NCBI GenBank assembly: GCA_036172245.1
Contig: JAYWIR010000046.1
Coordinates: forward strand, 620,001-684,000
Length of the DNA: 64,000 bases
Direction: 5' to 3'
Source: Raillietiella orientalis
Taxonomy: Eukaryota
The notes beneath the pieces were generated by a model. That model did no database searches and had not been told where the DNA came from. It saw nothing but the letters and a program-made list of their open reading frames with translations. This document shows positions 51,561 through 64,000 of the stretch, one piece after another. The translations under genes were made by a program, and so were the position numbers. Numbering within the stretch: the stretch's first letter is position 1; each line of letters opens with the position of its first letter.

Positions 51561-54479
51561 TTGCACCAGGAATCTTCGTCCATGAGTCTGGTTTGGCGTT
51601 CTTCTCATCTCAGTGAAGGCAACAATCACCCACCTGGAATTTCATTCAGCCACTCACTTTGAGAAAGACATCACAACAGTCCTTCGTGCTCGTGTGCATG
51701 TTTTTGATAAACAAACACCAGCGCATGTTTGCTCCAACAAGAAAAAGGAAAGTTGACGTGGTAGTCACACCAAAGAAAGTTTGGAATTCTAGAATGTCAT
51801 GCTAGCTGCAAAGTTAAAACGAGAATTTTCATGGAGATGATTGTATGTAAAAGCAGCCATGCTCATCATGAGATCTATAAGAGGCATAGATAAAATTCAT
51901 TTGTGTGTTTTGATACAGCATTTTGCTTGCTCAATTCTTTTCGAATTAGGCGTTCTTTTCTTGGCACTATTGGTAGGAAAAGAAGAACAAAAAAATCGTA
52001 TATTCACGCGTGTGAGTGCACTTTTGCCATTTTTATTTCCGTAGCAATAGAACTTCAACAGAATCCAAGCTCTTCTAGACTCTTCTGCAGTCTTCGTGAG
52101 TGCTACAAAGTGAATCTACTTTTTTTGCAGACGCTGCTTCAATTGCCGGTGTCGTTCCACCTTCCACGATCCCAATGTCGTCTGATTTCAATAAGAACAC
52201 TGTTTTTCCAGCGTAAATAAATTTTTGGAATAGAAAAAGCGATTCGCGTAATTATAAAGGATGCCTCTTTTAATGAACTGAACAGAGGAGGGACACGAAA
52301 GTACGAAATCTCTTCAATCATTTGTTCGTCTGAAAATTTCCATTTGCCTTTTGCAGCTCCCAAGGTTCCGTTCTTCTGTTAAATCTTGCACGCTGAAAGG
52401 GTGTGCCATCCTGCCAATGCGGCCTTAATCTACGGTTTGCTTCTTCCTTTTAATTTCTCGAGGTCAGCTGGAGCACAGGGGGAGGCTTCTTGAATTTTTA
52501 AAAGGACACCAGCTTGCTCATAATGAGGACTTCTTCAGCAGATGCTTACTCATGGTACCGTATTTTCATCATTTTTCTAAAGTGCCGACTTGCAGACTTC
52601 GATTACCAGCAGCGTTCCGGACTTGTTTGTTACCAACACGTTAGTGAAAATGAAGTGTTCAGGGAAACTTTATGCCAACAGACTCTCTCATTATAAAGTG
52701 ATAGTAAATTTTATGATAGTCAATTTTTAGTATCGCTCCTTTGAAGTTTCTTTTACTGTCCAGTGTTTTCAACTCATGCAGATAAACTGAAGATCAATCA
52801 GTCTTCATACTAAGCATCTTTGGCATTCCTAATCTCCATTTCTGTTTTTTTTTTTCCATTAGATGTGTTATCTTAATTTTTTTTTTAGAGAGTGTTTCAG
52901 ATAATGCAAGGAATTCAGCGAGTTCCCATTTTCTGCTTAATTGCTTGCGGGCATCACTCTGATCAAACAAGATCAATATCATATGTCGCAATACATATAT
53001 CCTAGACACTTTTATTCTCAATGCTTTTGTATGGTTTATTTCGTGTCCGATCCACGTAAGAACACTTGGGATACAGAGTTTTCCTATGCTTGAATCCTTC
53101 CCTGGACTTTTGCTTGTTGCTGGTTCACGGAATGCATGCGGAAATATGCAGTTCGATGCTGCACTTTTGAATTAGATAGGTTGTTAAAAACAGGTTTTTG
53201 TAAAGGAAAACATCATTTTAATTCCAAGAAAACATCATCTTGGAATAAGAACTTTTTCATTCTTCTTTGAGAGATTCCCCAAGAGCGATTATTGGCTTGC
53301 ATAGTCACAAGCATCAGAATGAATTCGTAGATGGAAAATACGTCATAACCGATTCAAAAATCATACGGAAAGCATATGGCTACCAATTGTATCAAAATCT
53401 GAAATGGATTCCTACCACACTTTGAGATCGTCCTCTGAAATGTTTAGAAAGGAATCTTGAAAGTGAAGACAATTCTATTTCTAATAATTCCAACAGGTAA
53501 TTTTTCACTAGAATAAGGTCTACGCAAAAAGCGAATAAGTGCTTAATCCGCGTCAATACATCCTTAGTGCTCCGAATTTAAAAAGTCGTCATCATCAGCA
53601 ATTCCGAGAAAATATTGACATATAATTTTTCGTGGTGGTCTAAAAGCTCTCTACAGGAAGATCAGCTTGCGGATTTCTGTTCGTCGGCTGTTAGACATTC
53701 AATAAGAAAGCTGATCGTGGCCACAAAAAATGGGTTACCTATGTTGCCAGTTTGTAGCATCGGTTGTCAGTCTTCGAATTTATTAATCGCGTATCATCTG
53801 CAGATCCAAAAAATCATTGCACTCAGTTTCATTATTTAATTGATCTCATTGAGGTTGCCATCAGAGCTGTTTTGTCACAATCGTGTGTGGACGTCTGAAA
53901 CCAAGCTGAAAGAATAATGGTAACGGCGGCTATGTATTCGTGAAGGCTGTTTCTCAACTCTGCAGTCCGTTTGCTGTTTATTCTTGCTTCTGCCAAAATA
54001 TCTATTCTTTGAGGTTTTCTTCCTTTCTTTTTGTCTGTTTTATAGGGTTCCTTTCTGCGTGGTGAGTTCGCTTCTTCCCACCTTCGAACGGCGCCAATGT
54101 TCATCTTGAGTCAGAGACACCAGAACTCATGAAGTTGTGCCCTGTGAACATGGAAAGACGTTTTCTTCCTCGATCGATAATGCAAAATTCGAAACCACTC
54201 CATCATGGATTTGTGTGCTTTCTCTTCCTGATGCGGTCACCATGCTTCAGTTATAGCACCCGCCCTCAGGTGGTTGCTCATTATGGAATCCTGTGGCATC
54301 TTTCTCCCAAAGGCTTCACCATGCCATGTTTCCTTCATTTACGAGATGGACAGCACGCCACTCATAACAGTCAGTATCAGCTTCATAAATGGGTGAAACT
54401 GCTTCTGCACTCAAAGAGTCTTTTCAGCATCTTTAGAGAGTAATAGCGTTCTCGAGGACTCGAATGGAATGTCCTTGAT

Positions 54480-55520
54480 GCTGAGGAGTTGGGCACCCTA
54501 TACATCAATGGTAGCTTCCTGGGTCGATGATCTCAAGAATAGCGATACAATGCTAGTCCCACTCTTATTTTATACAAGAAACCTACCCAACTTGCCCGAG
54601 CTATCGAAATGCCGTCAGGGAGCAACCTAGCTTGTTCCTCCCATACATGCTTGAAAATGGAATGGTTCGTCAGTCTTAAACGTCATCACCTTCATAACTA
54701 TGCTTTTCAGGAGCTCCTTCGAATCAGATGTCACATTACCATTGTTTCTTAATTTTGTCGTAGCGGAATGCAGTGTAGGGGCGAAGTACCCAAGGAGATG
54801 CGGAATTTTCCAAAATGGTGAAACGAGATGCCTTAAATCATCCGAAGACATCAAGACTCAGTTGAAGGACTGAAAGCACTAAGCAACAAAATGCTGATTT
54901 CGAGATCGAGTTCAGAATTGAGAAAGCAAACTTAATAAGAAGTTGCCACGCTTCAGATAGACAAGTGAATAAGCACCCAGGATACTTGACATGAGAAAAA
55001 GACGAAGTGAGTGAAGTGTAGGCCAAGAAGTACCTTAGTTTTTATTGCATACACTTTCTTCTGGAAAGAAAACCTGCACGTACGACACTCGACACCTATG
55101 CTCATGACTGATGCCATCACAAACGAGATCTGTGATAGCATCAGTCCACTCAAGTGCTCCATGAACCAAACAGTTTTGACGGCTATTAGCTCCATTTCCA
55201 GAAGGGTTGGCCTTCGTCAGTGTTCTCAGTCCGTTATAGATCATAAAAATAAATGAACTTTTCAGCCATAGCTGACACCTTCTTTGATGAGAGCAGCAAC
55301 AGAAGACCAAAATAAATAATGAGACCCACTGCCCTTGTCGATGAAATACCAAAGTTTATCGTTAGTGGCTACATGGAGTGTTATATGCATTTCATTTCCA
55401 TTCGTTCTGTCGACAGAAACACTGCATTCACAAATTTTTGCGAAAACTATGATCGCATTCACAATGGAGGCATGCCTACGCGGGTGGCCCGATTTCTCGC
55501 AGCAGCACACTCAACGAATC
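54480..55520 (+). mobile_element. Decayed MULE-like transposase fragment
   Basis: Ordered fragments ASWVDDLKN..PLLFY, FFWKENL..PMLMTDA (cf. PxxFMSD), ECYMHF..IHNGGMPTRVARFL, resembling arthropod MULE-type transposases. Frameshifted; by-eye match only. Confidence 0.35.
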
Positions 55521-58500
55521 TGTGAAATGTAGGTCAGACATTTTTGATTGCTACCGTTATTGATCAAATAACGTATTAATTCAGTTATACAGCTCCAGAA
55601 ACATCCTTTAGCCATTTTTTAACTTTATTCCAGTCCCCGGAAATCTTGTGTTCTTCATTGCAATTATAAGTGTAGCTTAAGGATTGTCGCCAGATTTTCG
55701 CCTGCCTCGGCTACACAGTCTTGGTCCCCTTCCCTCACTAAGAATTCAAGCTCACTTTGCAAAATGACGAGTGATGGTCAAGAAATCTGAACTGGACTCG
55801 AAATTCTACATAACCGTCCTAAGTCTCCCTAAAGCCAACGTGGTTTGCAGCTGATTTTCCGTTTACGAGCAGTTGGCAACGTTGCACAGCGGAAATGCTT
55901 TTCGTTTCGAAGATGGGCAGTTGGAACAGTATGTCATCTGCTGGAATCGCAAACTCGCGAATACACGGACACAAGGAATGGTTCTGATTCGGCGAGGCAG
56001 CAAATCGATTTATCATGCCTCTTCCACTGCCGCTGATTTCTTTGGACGGCTACATGACTTTTCAATGACTACTGCAGAAACGTTTGCCTTTTCATTCCTC
56101 AGAAAAGCCGCGTAATCTCAGTCGCGTCTGAGCTAGAATCCCTCTGATGCTGGTAAATGCATTCTAAAACCGACAAAGTTTTCCCATGATGCCCCTTCGT
56201 CCTCCGTGCTGCCAGAAAAAGTCCGAACCTTTCCATCTTTTCACCCTATGAAAAAATTTCCCATTCGTCGCCTATGGAAACCTTTTCCTAACCTCAAGCA
56301 TTTCTTCAAACAAGGCGTGTCCTTGAGCACCGGCTTTCCAATTACTTATATCTAGTTGGGCTAACCTGGAGATGCGGTTAGCTCTCGATAGATATCTTCA
56401 TACAAAGTTAAGATTCCATGAATCATGAGCGTGTTGTATCAAGGAAAGTCATATCATCTTCCCATCCTCTGTTTGCTTTGTCTCTGGGTCTGTCCCCAGA
56501 TTACACTTATCATCCAGCGTAGGTCGTGTTAGGGAGATCAGTTCATTGCTCCTCTTGATATGAGACGATGATGAGGAATGGTTGCTTCAACCATCCTTTA
56601 TTGTCCAGACGTACGGAAGGTTTGCAGCTGAAAAGCTCAGACCCAGGAGTTCAGCTGCCGGAGGGAACATTCATAACAGCAAAAGACTACTGTTGGAAGG
56701 CTTCGGTTTCACAGGGGAGAAGAAAAGGGTAGGAGAGGAAATAGCAGTTGCACTGCACAGAGCTATCCTGAACATCCTGGAATTCTTTCCAGAAAACAAA
56801 GTGCATGGACTCAAACCGGAAATGGACTCTGAGAGATCTCACAAGTCGATCCGTACATAACATCTGCAATTCGGAAATTTCTGGAACTTCAGAGCATGGC
56901 CACAGGAACTCAGGTTATTGGTGCCCTTTTTTTTCATGAGCTCCAAATTCTTACTGAGAGGATGATGAAGCATGAGGATGCAAGGGACACAAGAGAAACA
57001 ACTGTGATAGCCCTACCAAGTCTCCTCATCGTCTCCCAAAACCCTACATAAATAACTATTTTTCAATTTATTTATTTCTGTTTTCTTTCTCACCCGCACC
57101 TTTCCAAAGAGGACTCAACAGCCAGCAGGCTAGTCAAACAGCATCTTCCCTCTGATGTTTTGGACATGATAGGGCCTGAGATTCTACTAACGTTGCATGT
57201 TTATTGATAACAGTAAACGCCACAGGGAAAACTGGAGATCAAACTAAAGTCATATTGAAAACCTAGTTAGTGAGAGTGACATGCCTTCTCCAACGGCTTT
57301 TTTGGTGCAATTTGCAAACCAACTCGTGATACTGTCATCTTGCTTCTGGTTTTCAGCTCTTCCGTTTTCGATTCATCTGACTCACAGGCTGGTCTTTTGA
57401 ACTGGTCAGAAACTCCCTCTCAAAAAACCGGTCAATTTGAGAGCGTTCTACCATGTCTTTCGAGTTTGCGAAACACTGACAGACATAAACGGTTCTTCGC
57501 AAAATGATGAACCTTAAGGCTGTTTCTTTCTTTTTTTTCTTCTTTTGATGGAATTTGCTTTCTCATGTATCAGCTTTTCCCCATTCAATTTAACACAGCT
57601 CCCGTACTTAAATAACACGGCAAATTCATTTTCGGGAATACAACGCTCTGGTTCGTTGGGAACTTCGAGTCGCTGGCTAAAAACTCCAGCTCCCTTTCAA
57701 AATCCAGTAGGAGCATAAAATGCAGATTGAAAAAATGTATATATGCTCCCGTATAAATGGCTGGCGTGACTTTAACGAGTAAGTTTGAGTACACTGGATT
57801 GCCTTCTCTTAATGCTATCATGTGCCGTTAAGTCCTCCACTTGCGCTCGTGGTTTGCGTAAGCGGCCGTTCAGTGAGAATCTTAGAAACACGAATAATGC
57901 TGTAATAACTAAGGGAGGTTTGAGTCTGAAGAACTCCCTCGTCCTTCCTGAAGGAAAGGGACATTCAAAGTAATAATATGTCAACAAACTAGTATTAGAC
58001 CTCTTCCAAACCTTTTCATAAGCTGATGAACGATGAAAACTCTTGCTTCCTTTTCTGAATCCTTTTTTTTTTTTGGAAAAAAAAAAATGCATCTTGTTAC
58101 TGCGTGGTTTCACGGCCAGTTTTAAATCTAGAATGCCTATAGATCGTTTCTGTTTCAAAGATTTTAGTTTTTGTAGTTCCTCGGTTCTCGTTTTTCAGGT
58201 GATTCTGCAATTCTGCCTTGACCACATCGACTGTTTCCTTGCTGGTCCACTCTGCTACCTACGAATCGCGTTTGGTTTCACTAGGCACATCTAAAAACTG
58301 ATCACCGCTCGTACAAAGCCATGTGCTGGACTCCACATCACGTGTTTCCGTTTCCTTTCATGAAGCCGCCAAGGTTATTGTCCGATCTATCTGGCTGTAT
58401 CGATTCCCCCCTTCCTTCATTAATCCGTAGACTCCATCTCTATTTCATTTTTTGCCTCACCAGGTATGGATTTCCCAAGGATATTCTTAGTAAGGTCTTA

Positions 58501-59759
58501 AATTTGGCCACCTTCCTGAGCACCGAATACGAAACTATTCTGGCGCTTGGAGAGGGATTCTCCGAGACACGATTGCTTCTATGCAAACGTAGTTTAGTAT
58601 GTATCATGTATTGCTCGGGCGGAACTCTGGAGACAAGAACTTGCATTGTGTTTACAGGATCGTAGGCAGAACCCACTGCTAATCAGATTAATTTCAGTTC
58701 CGAGAAGGTTCGTAACATCATTAACAGTACAGAATACTCGCATGCCTTTCCTCGAGAAATCATGTACCACTTGAATTTTCTTCGCCAAGCTGCAAACCAT
58801 CTCGTGGACCCGATATCACTCCTACAGAGCGATCTCCTAGAAAGATATTCGACCTAGTTTTGCCGTCACAGATGGAAGGATCCTTTTGGATTTAAAGTTG
58901 TAGCGGTGCTTTGTATGGCATGGTAAGGTTGGCTTCGGTTCCGCGACCACCCTCATCCGCCAAACAGCATTCAGAGTCCAGTCACGAAAATTTGCTAATC
59001 TTGGCTCATCATCATGGAGAACACATCATTTTTCAGAATAAAAACAGAATTTGTATGTTCCCGTATAACGCGACGGATACGTTCTGCGATATACAAATCG
59101 CGTTATACCAGCCCTATGAGTTATACATGGGTATAGAATGCATCGTAAACGTTTTAGCAGTAGAACATTTATAATTTCACTATGAATTAATAATGATAGA
59201 AAAATCAGAAGTGTTTCTTTTTTCTGTTTAGATGTCTTTATTAGTCTGTGAATGGGATGGATTTCGTAGTAAGTCATACATGTGTGATTATGACTCCAGT
59301 TACTTCAGTTCCTTTTCCTTTTCAAATCTCCCCTGTGTATCGTGGGAAAAAAAAGTTTCGATTCCTTTTTATTTTCAGCTTTTCTCTTCTAAAGAGAAAA
59401 GCAATGCCTTGATTGAAACGACTTGGAATAGGATTGGCAATTTCAGTTTGGGAAGCGTTGCTTGGTAATAGCTTTCTGAAGTTCTGCCTCTATTTTTGGA
59501 CATCATTTCAGATTCATCTTAAATATTGCATTTCTTGTTCCTTTCAATTTTTCCCAAATCCTGAAGTTCACTCAAAGGTTTCACTTGCCTCCAAGCTGCA
59601 CAACTTAATCCTGATTCTTTTCCAAGTTAACAGCTACGATAGTATAAATAAGAACGGGAACTCTTCTTCATCTTCCAATCTTCCTTTCTGGTCATTGACT
59701 TTGTGTTACCAGGGATGCCACAACAGGTTTATAGGGATGTCATAGGGATGTCCGTCCTG

Positions 59760-60120
59760 TAGTGTGTATTTCGGCGTCGTCTTCTACGTCTAAGAGTTGC
59801 TCCTCCTCTTCGCGTGGTTGTCGCAGGTTTGGGCATTATCCGGTAATCACCCAAGCCGAAGTGTCCAATAAATGTCGCGAGTGTAGAGGATGCACTAGGC
59901 AACCACAAGTGCTGCTCCATTTTATCCGCATACGTCCAAACATCCGTGACATACCCAGTCAGAGGACTGCTTCATTGATGGGGTCCAAGTTCCCAACGGT
60001 CTGATGATGATGGCCAGCATTTGCTTCGATTCCTTTCTTGGATTGCTGAATGGCAACATCCCGGCATTTGGGCACTTTCTGATTCCTGACGATGCCGAAG
60101 GCTTTTCCCCCATTCTCAAA
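59760..60120 (-). mobile_element. Possible decayed transposon C-terminal SWIM-like zinc-finger fragment
   Basis: Frameshifted fragments CG*NGA / TCGC / LATFIGHFG resemble WYCxCxxGARTVGCCxHxASxIWYLG; weak. Confidence 0.2.
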
Positions 60121-63100
60121 GGCTTCCTTCATCCTGTTGCCCTTCTGGTAATCATTTTTGGAACATTACCGGATGCGTCACATAATACCAGAGCTGGCCT
60201 CAGAGTTCAGTCAAGACCAGGGGCGCGCTGATTTGTGGACACCAATTTCCACCGCTGTCATCGTGACCTTGTCTGCGATCGCATCGTGCTGGGTCGTATG
60301 CAGACGCAATTGCCTCCTCGTGCAGCGATTTGTGACGTGAGGCAACTTCTCGTCCCACAGTCCACAGCGACGACACGAGCGATCACTTTCCTCCTTCTGG
60401 CAGTTCCTCTTATGGAAGCAGATTTAGCTTTGCAGTGTGGATGAATCGGCAAATCTCAGGTAGTCGCATTCTCTATACAGGACTACGCAGCAAATGGCTC
60501 TCCCTTGATTCCAGATGCTTCTTTGTTAGGGATTGCCATGCTTTCTCGTGCTGTGCAGCTCTTGCAAAGTACGTTTTTCGACATTAATTTCACATCGCAT
60601 GTCTTGACCGTTTCAATTTTTACTGAGTCCTTTTCTTGGAGTTCACTCTCAGGTTTGTAATTCATGGCTACACTTGCCTCCTAGTGGCACAACGAAACCC
60701 TGATAACACCAACCTACCATTGTCCGTCAACTTCCTGTGGAAATTGGGATGCTGAATTTTTCCAAATTTGCAAGCTATGCCTTGGATTCTCGGATGTATG
60801 TTATAAGTTCGGGTGGGTTTTTGAATGCAAAGAAATAAAAATGCTCACGTTTAGTTCTTCGACGAAAACTCCACACTCGTCCATTCTAAATTTCTGGAGA
60901 CATTAGAACATTCCTTCATCCACAATCAACCTGTTGACAAGTCTTGTCTTGAATTCGAACACGATTCCGTTAATATTCAGCTCTTTCCAGAGGACTGGGA
61001 AGTGTGTTTTGAATCATCTCAAGATCGCTTTTTTCTGTAACGATCTTCCGCTCACATCACTCAGCATACATAGAAAACTTCACTTATTCAGAGCGGTTTG
61101 CTTTCTTCCATCGGGGCAGTGATCTGAAAATGACTTGACATCCGAAAGCTCAGACAAATCTATCAGGAAGAATTGCATCTAATAGTTACGACTTCAGTAA
61201 GGTTTTCGTATTTATGAATTGCACTTTGACTATCCATAGAATGGTTTTCAATTAATCGAAGGCAACAAACCGTGAAAAGAGCTGCTCTATGCGTTGTGAA
61301 AGAAACCGTTCAACGAGATCCGTCCTTAAAGGAAAGGAAGCAAAGTGTCATTTGATGAAAGAAAAGTCAAAGAAAGGAAAACTGAGCTTGATTACTCATG
61401 AAAACTGGATTTCCTTTTGATAATTTCTCATCTGCAGATGCATAGAGTAGAAGCATGTAATACAGGAAAGCATGGAACACAGCTGGGATGGAATACAGAC
61501 TAAACTTTCAGAATTCACTGGAGAATATTGGAGGAGAATTGCTAGATGAATGCTCTTTGCCACATTGGGAGTTGGCATCAGTATCTGTTAGGAGTATGTA
61601 CTACAGCAGAAAAAACCAGACCGCAATGTGGAGGGATTTTGGAAATCAAATCACTTCACGTCCTTCACAATGAAGACGGAAGAAAGAGTCTTTCAAAGCA
61701 GCACAATTTGTTTAGTGCATTCTTAACCTAACAGAAATGGCAACATTATCTATGTTGCCATTTTTTTCAAGTTGATAGTATTTATTCGCGAATATTTCTT
61801 ACAATGCCAATATTACTGATGTTGGAATCAGAAATGCATCCTTATCACGTAAGTGCACACCGACAGATATCGAAAAAATGAATTATTTTAGATCATTCCA
61901 ACGCGCGACGAAATTCATATGATTTTTTTTTAGAGATTCCTTATCGTGAAATTTCTTGGCGGAACCTGGAAAACCAGTTCATCTACAAAGAGAGTTTGAC
62001 AGAAACCAATTATTTTAGTTCCTAAAAATTGACGATAACGGATAGCTGGAAAAACTGCCTTTGAAATAGAAAGTGCTTTTCCACAGCCTCTCAAAAGAGA
62101 CCAGGTGGATATGACTTATAGGTCGGAAAATTAAGTGCGTATTAGATATAGCTGCTTTGCTCTAATATGAAGTACATTTATTAAGCTGAATCGATGCAAA
62201 CGACTCAAAAATGGGGGTACATTTCTGATTGAACGTTCGCCGTCTTGCAAAAGAAGATTAGCAGAAAATTCAAGGAACCTGATGCAAGATTTCAGTCTAG
62301 ACTGTCAGTCTACCAGCACAGAACTTAAGAAAAAATGGCTACGAAAAAGGCTCTGAGACGCTTGACAAGCCACTATGAGTCTTCTGAGAACGTCATTTAT
62401 TTGCATGCTGAGGCAAATTCTTACTTTAAGCACGGCATTACGGGAAAACTATCCCTGTCGATAAAGTCAGAAGTTTGTCGTAAGTCTTCATGAAGAACAA
62501 ATGATCTTTCTCTAGAAGAATTTCCGAATGCTTTGAAATAAAACTGCTCTCGAAATCTTTCAGAATTTCAGAATAAAAAATTCATATCTTGAATCAGTTA
62601 AAATCTAACAAAAATTGCGAGGAGGTGATGGTCATGACATTCTAAACCAAGCCGGGATATTCTCTGTCGCTTCATGTGGTTAGAGAACATACAACATTGA
62701 AGTGAATCCAGGATGAATTTTACAGCAAATCAAGGATGTGGCTTAGTGATGGGAAATAAGACTTTGAGGAGATTTGAATTATTCATAAAAAAAGGACCCT
62801 ATGAAATGCAACAGGACCTCAAACAAATAGAGAAAACAGTCACTGCATCCTAATTTAATTAAAAACAAACAGACGAATGAGCAGATAAAATCACTTTAGA
62901 TATTCTCTGAATCTTTTTATAGAAAGCTTTGGCAAGCTAGTTCCACCCGCTTGATTCTCCAAGGCACTGTTCTCATATCTGAAAAAGCAAACGCGCAGGA
63001 ACAGATTTCGATCCGTTGTTCCGTTAAGGCATCACTTGGTGAAGTTCATTCTCTGTTTCCGATTTCTGTTCCATTCTCTACATTGCTAAAAGTATTCTCT

Positions 63101-64000
63101 GGAGTTGTCAACTTGTCGAGAAGACTTTTCTCACTTCTTCGGGTTAACTTGCTAGCATGGGTTTTTGGCATCGCTCCTATTTGCATCGTTCCATCTTGCG
63201 ATCGGACACCACAAAATTCTTTCCAAGTCTTGCAAAGACAAAGATGTCGATGTTCTTGTTGGTCGTCTTGTTGAAACTAGGGAAGGAAAAGAAGCAGGAA
63301 AGCAGGCTTTCGGTTTGCTTGCGTAAGATCGGTATGTGTGTGATGCCGGTATTCCCCGATTACCTCCCCGGCTGGATCCATACTGACGAAAAAGATATTG
63401 GTAATTCGATCATGTATTAAATCCTATCTGATGCTAGCTTCCCTCAATTGAAGCTCCTATGCATGCAGCTTCCTCGTCACGGAGCAATCTCAATCAATTT
63501 AGCTCTTTTCAGAGAAGAAATAAATCCCGAACCCTTCTGAAAAAGAAATGGAAATCTGTTGTATCCTCAGAAATGCTTTCTCATGTCTGTGAGAACGCGG
63601 ACAAGATAAGCACAATTTTGATGTGGTCGTCTGCACTTTTAGGAACCCTGCCTTCATCCCCTCTGAATGGAGGGTTTCGCAATCAGCACATGGCTTCTAT
63701 CTCTATGCAACCAGGTCACCCTTGCCTCCGAAACCTGAATCTATGTAGATACCCTCGATTAGTTGGCCCAACGTTGCTAAACACGAACATATGATCATGA
63801 AGAGGTTGCAATACAGAGGCTGCCACATTGGAATGCACTCAGTATATTGTAATGTATCACCAACAAAAATGCAATACTGACGATGTAGGTTTCTCGGTCT
63901 TTTGGCTAAGATCAAAGTGTACAGGATTTTGAGTCTTAATGTAGATCATTGATTAGGATTTCGTTATTTCAAATTTGAGGGAATGCTAATGAAGAACAGA

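Noticed and set aside
58250..58680. Possible RNase H-like remnant (WSPAHG) on the minus strand
   Set aside because: Single weak motif; catalytic residues not traceable.

Overview
Metazoan (probably invertebrate) nuclear DNA; no prokaryotic features, rRNA, tRNA or CRISPR seen. The one gene I can support is a minus-strand, multi-exon STAR-family KH-domain RNA-binding protein of the KHDRBS/Sam68/SLM type. Exon 1 (51214-51085, QUA1) is followed by a ~31.2-kb intron, then exons 2-5 (19886-19759, 19520-19404, 19016-18870, 15740-15581), all with GT-AG junctions in compatible phases; the 3' end of the CDS is uncertain. The main unexplained structure is an apparently perfect 593-bp inverted repeat (17983-18575 / 23511-24103) whose arms lie in introns 4 and 1 and bracket exactly exons 2-4. 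Its loop also holds a cluster of AUUAA (STAR-type/poly(A)-variant) motifs and a 245-bp purine-only tract. Together these suggest, as inference only, an RNA-structure-based circRNA/exon-skipping autoregulatory module. The rest is intronic/intergenic DNA with a ~14-kb GC-rich domain and several heavily decayed transposon fossils. Most ORFs in the supplied track are spurious.
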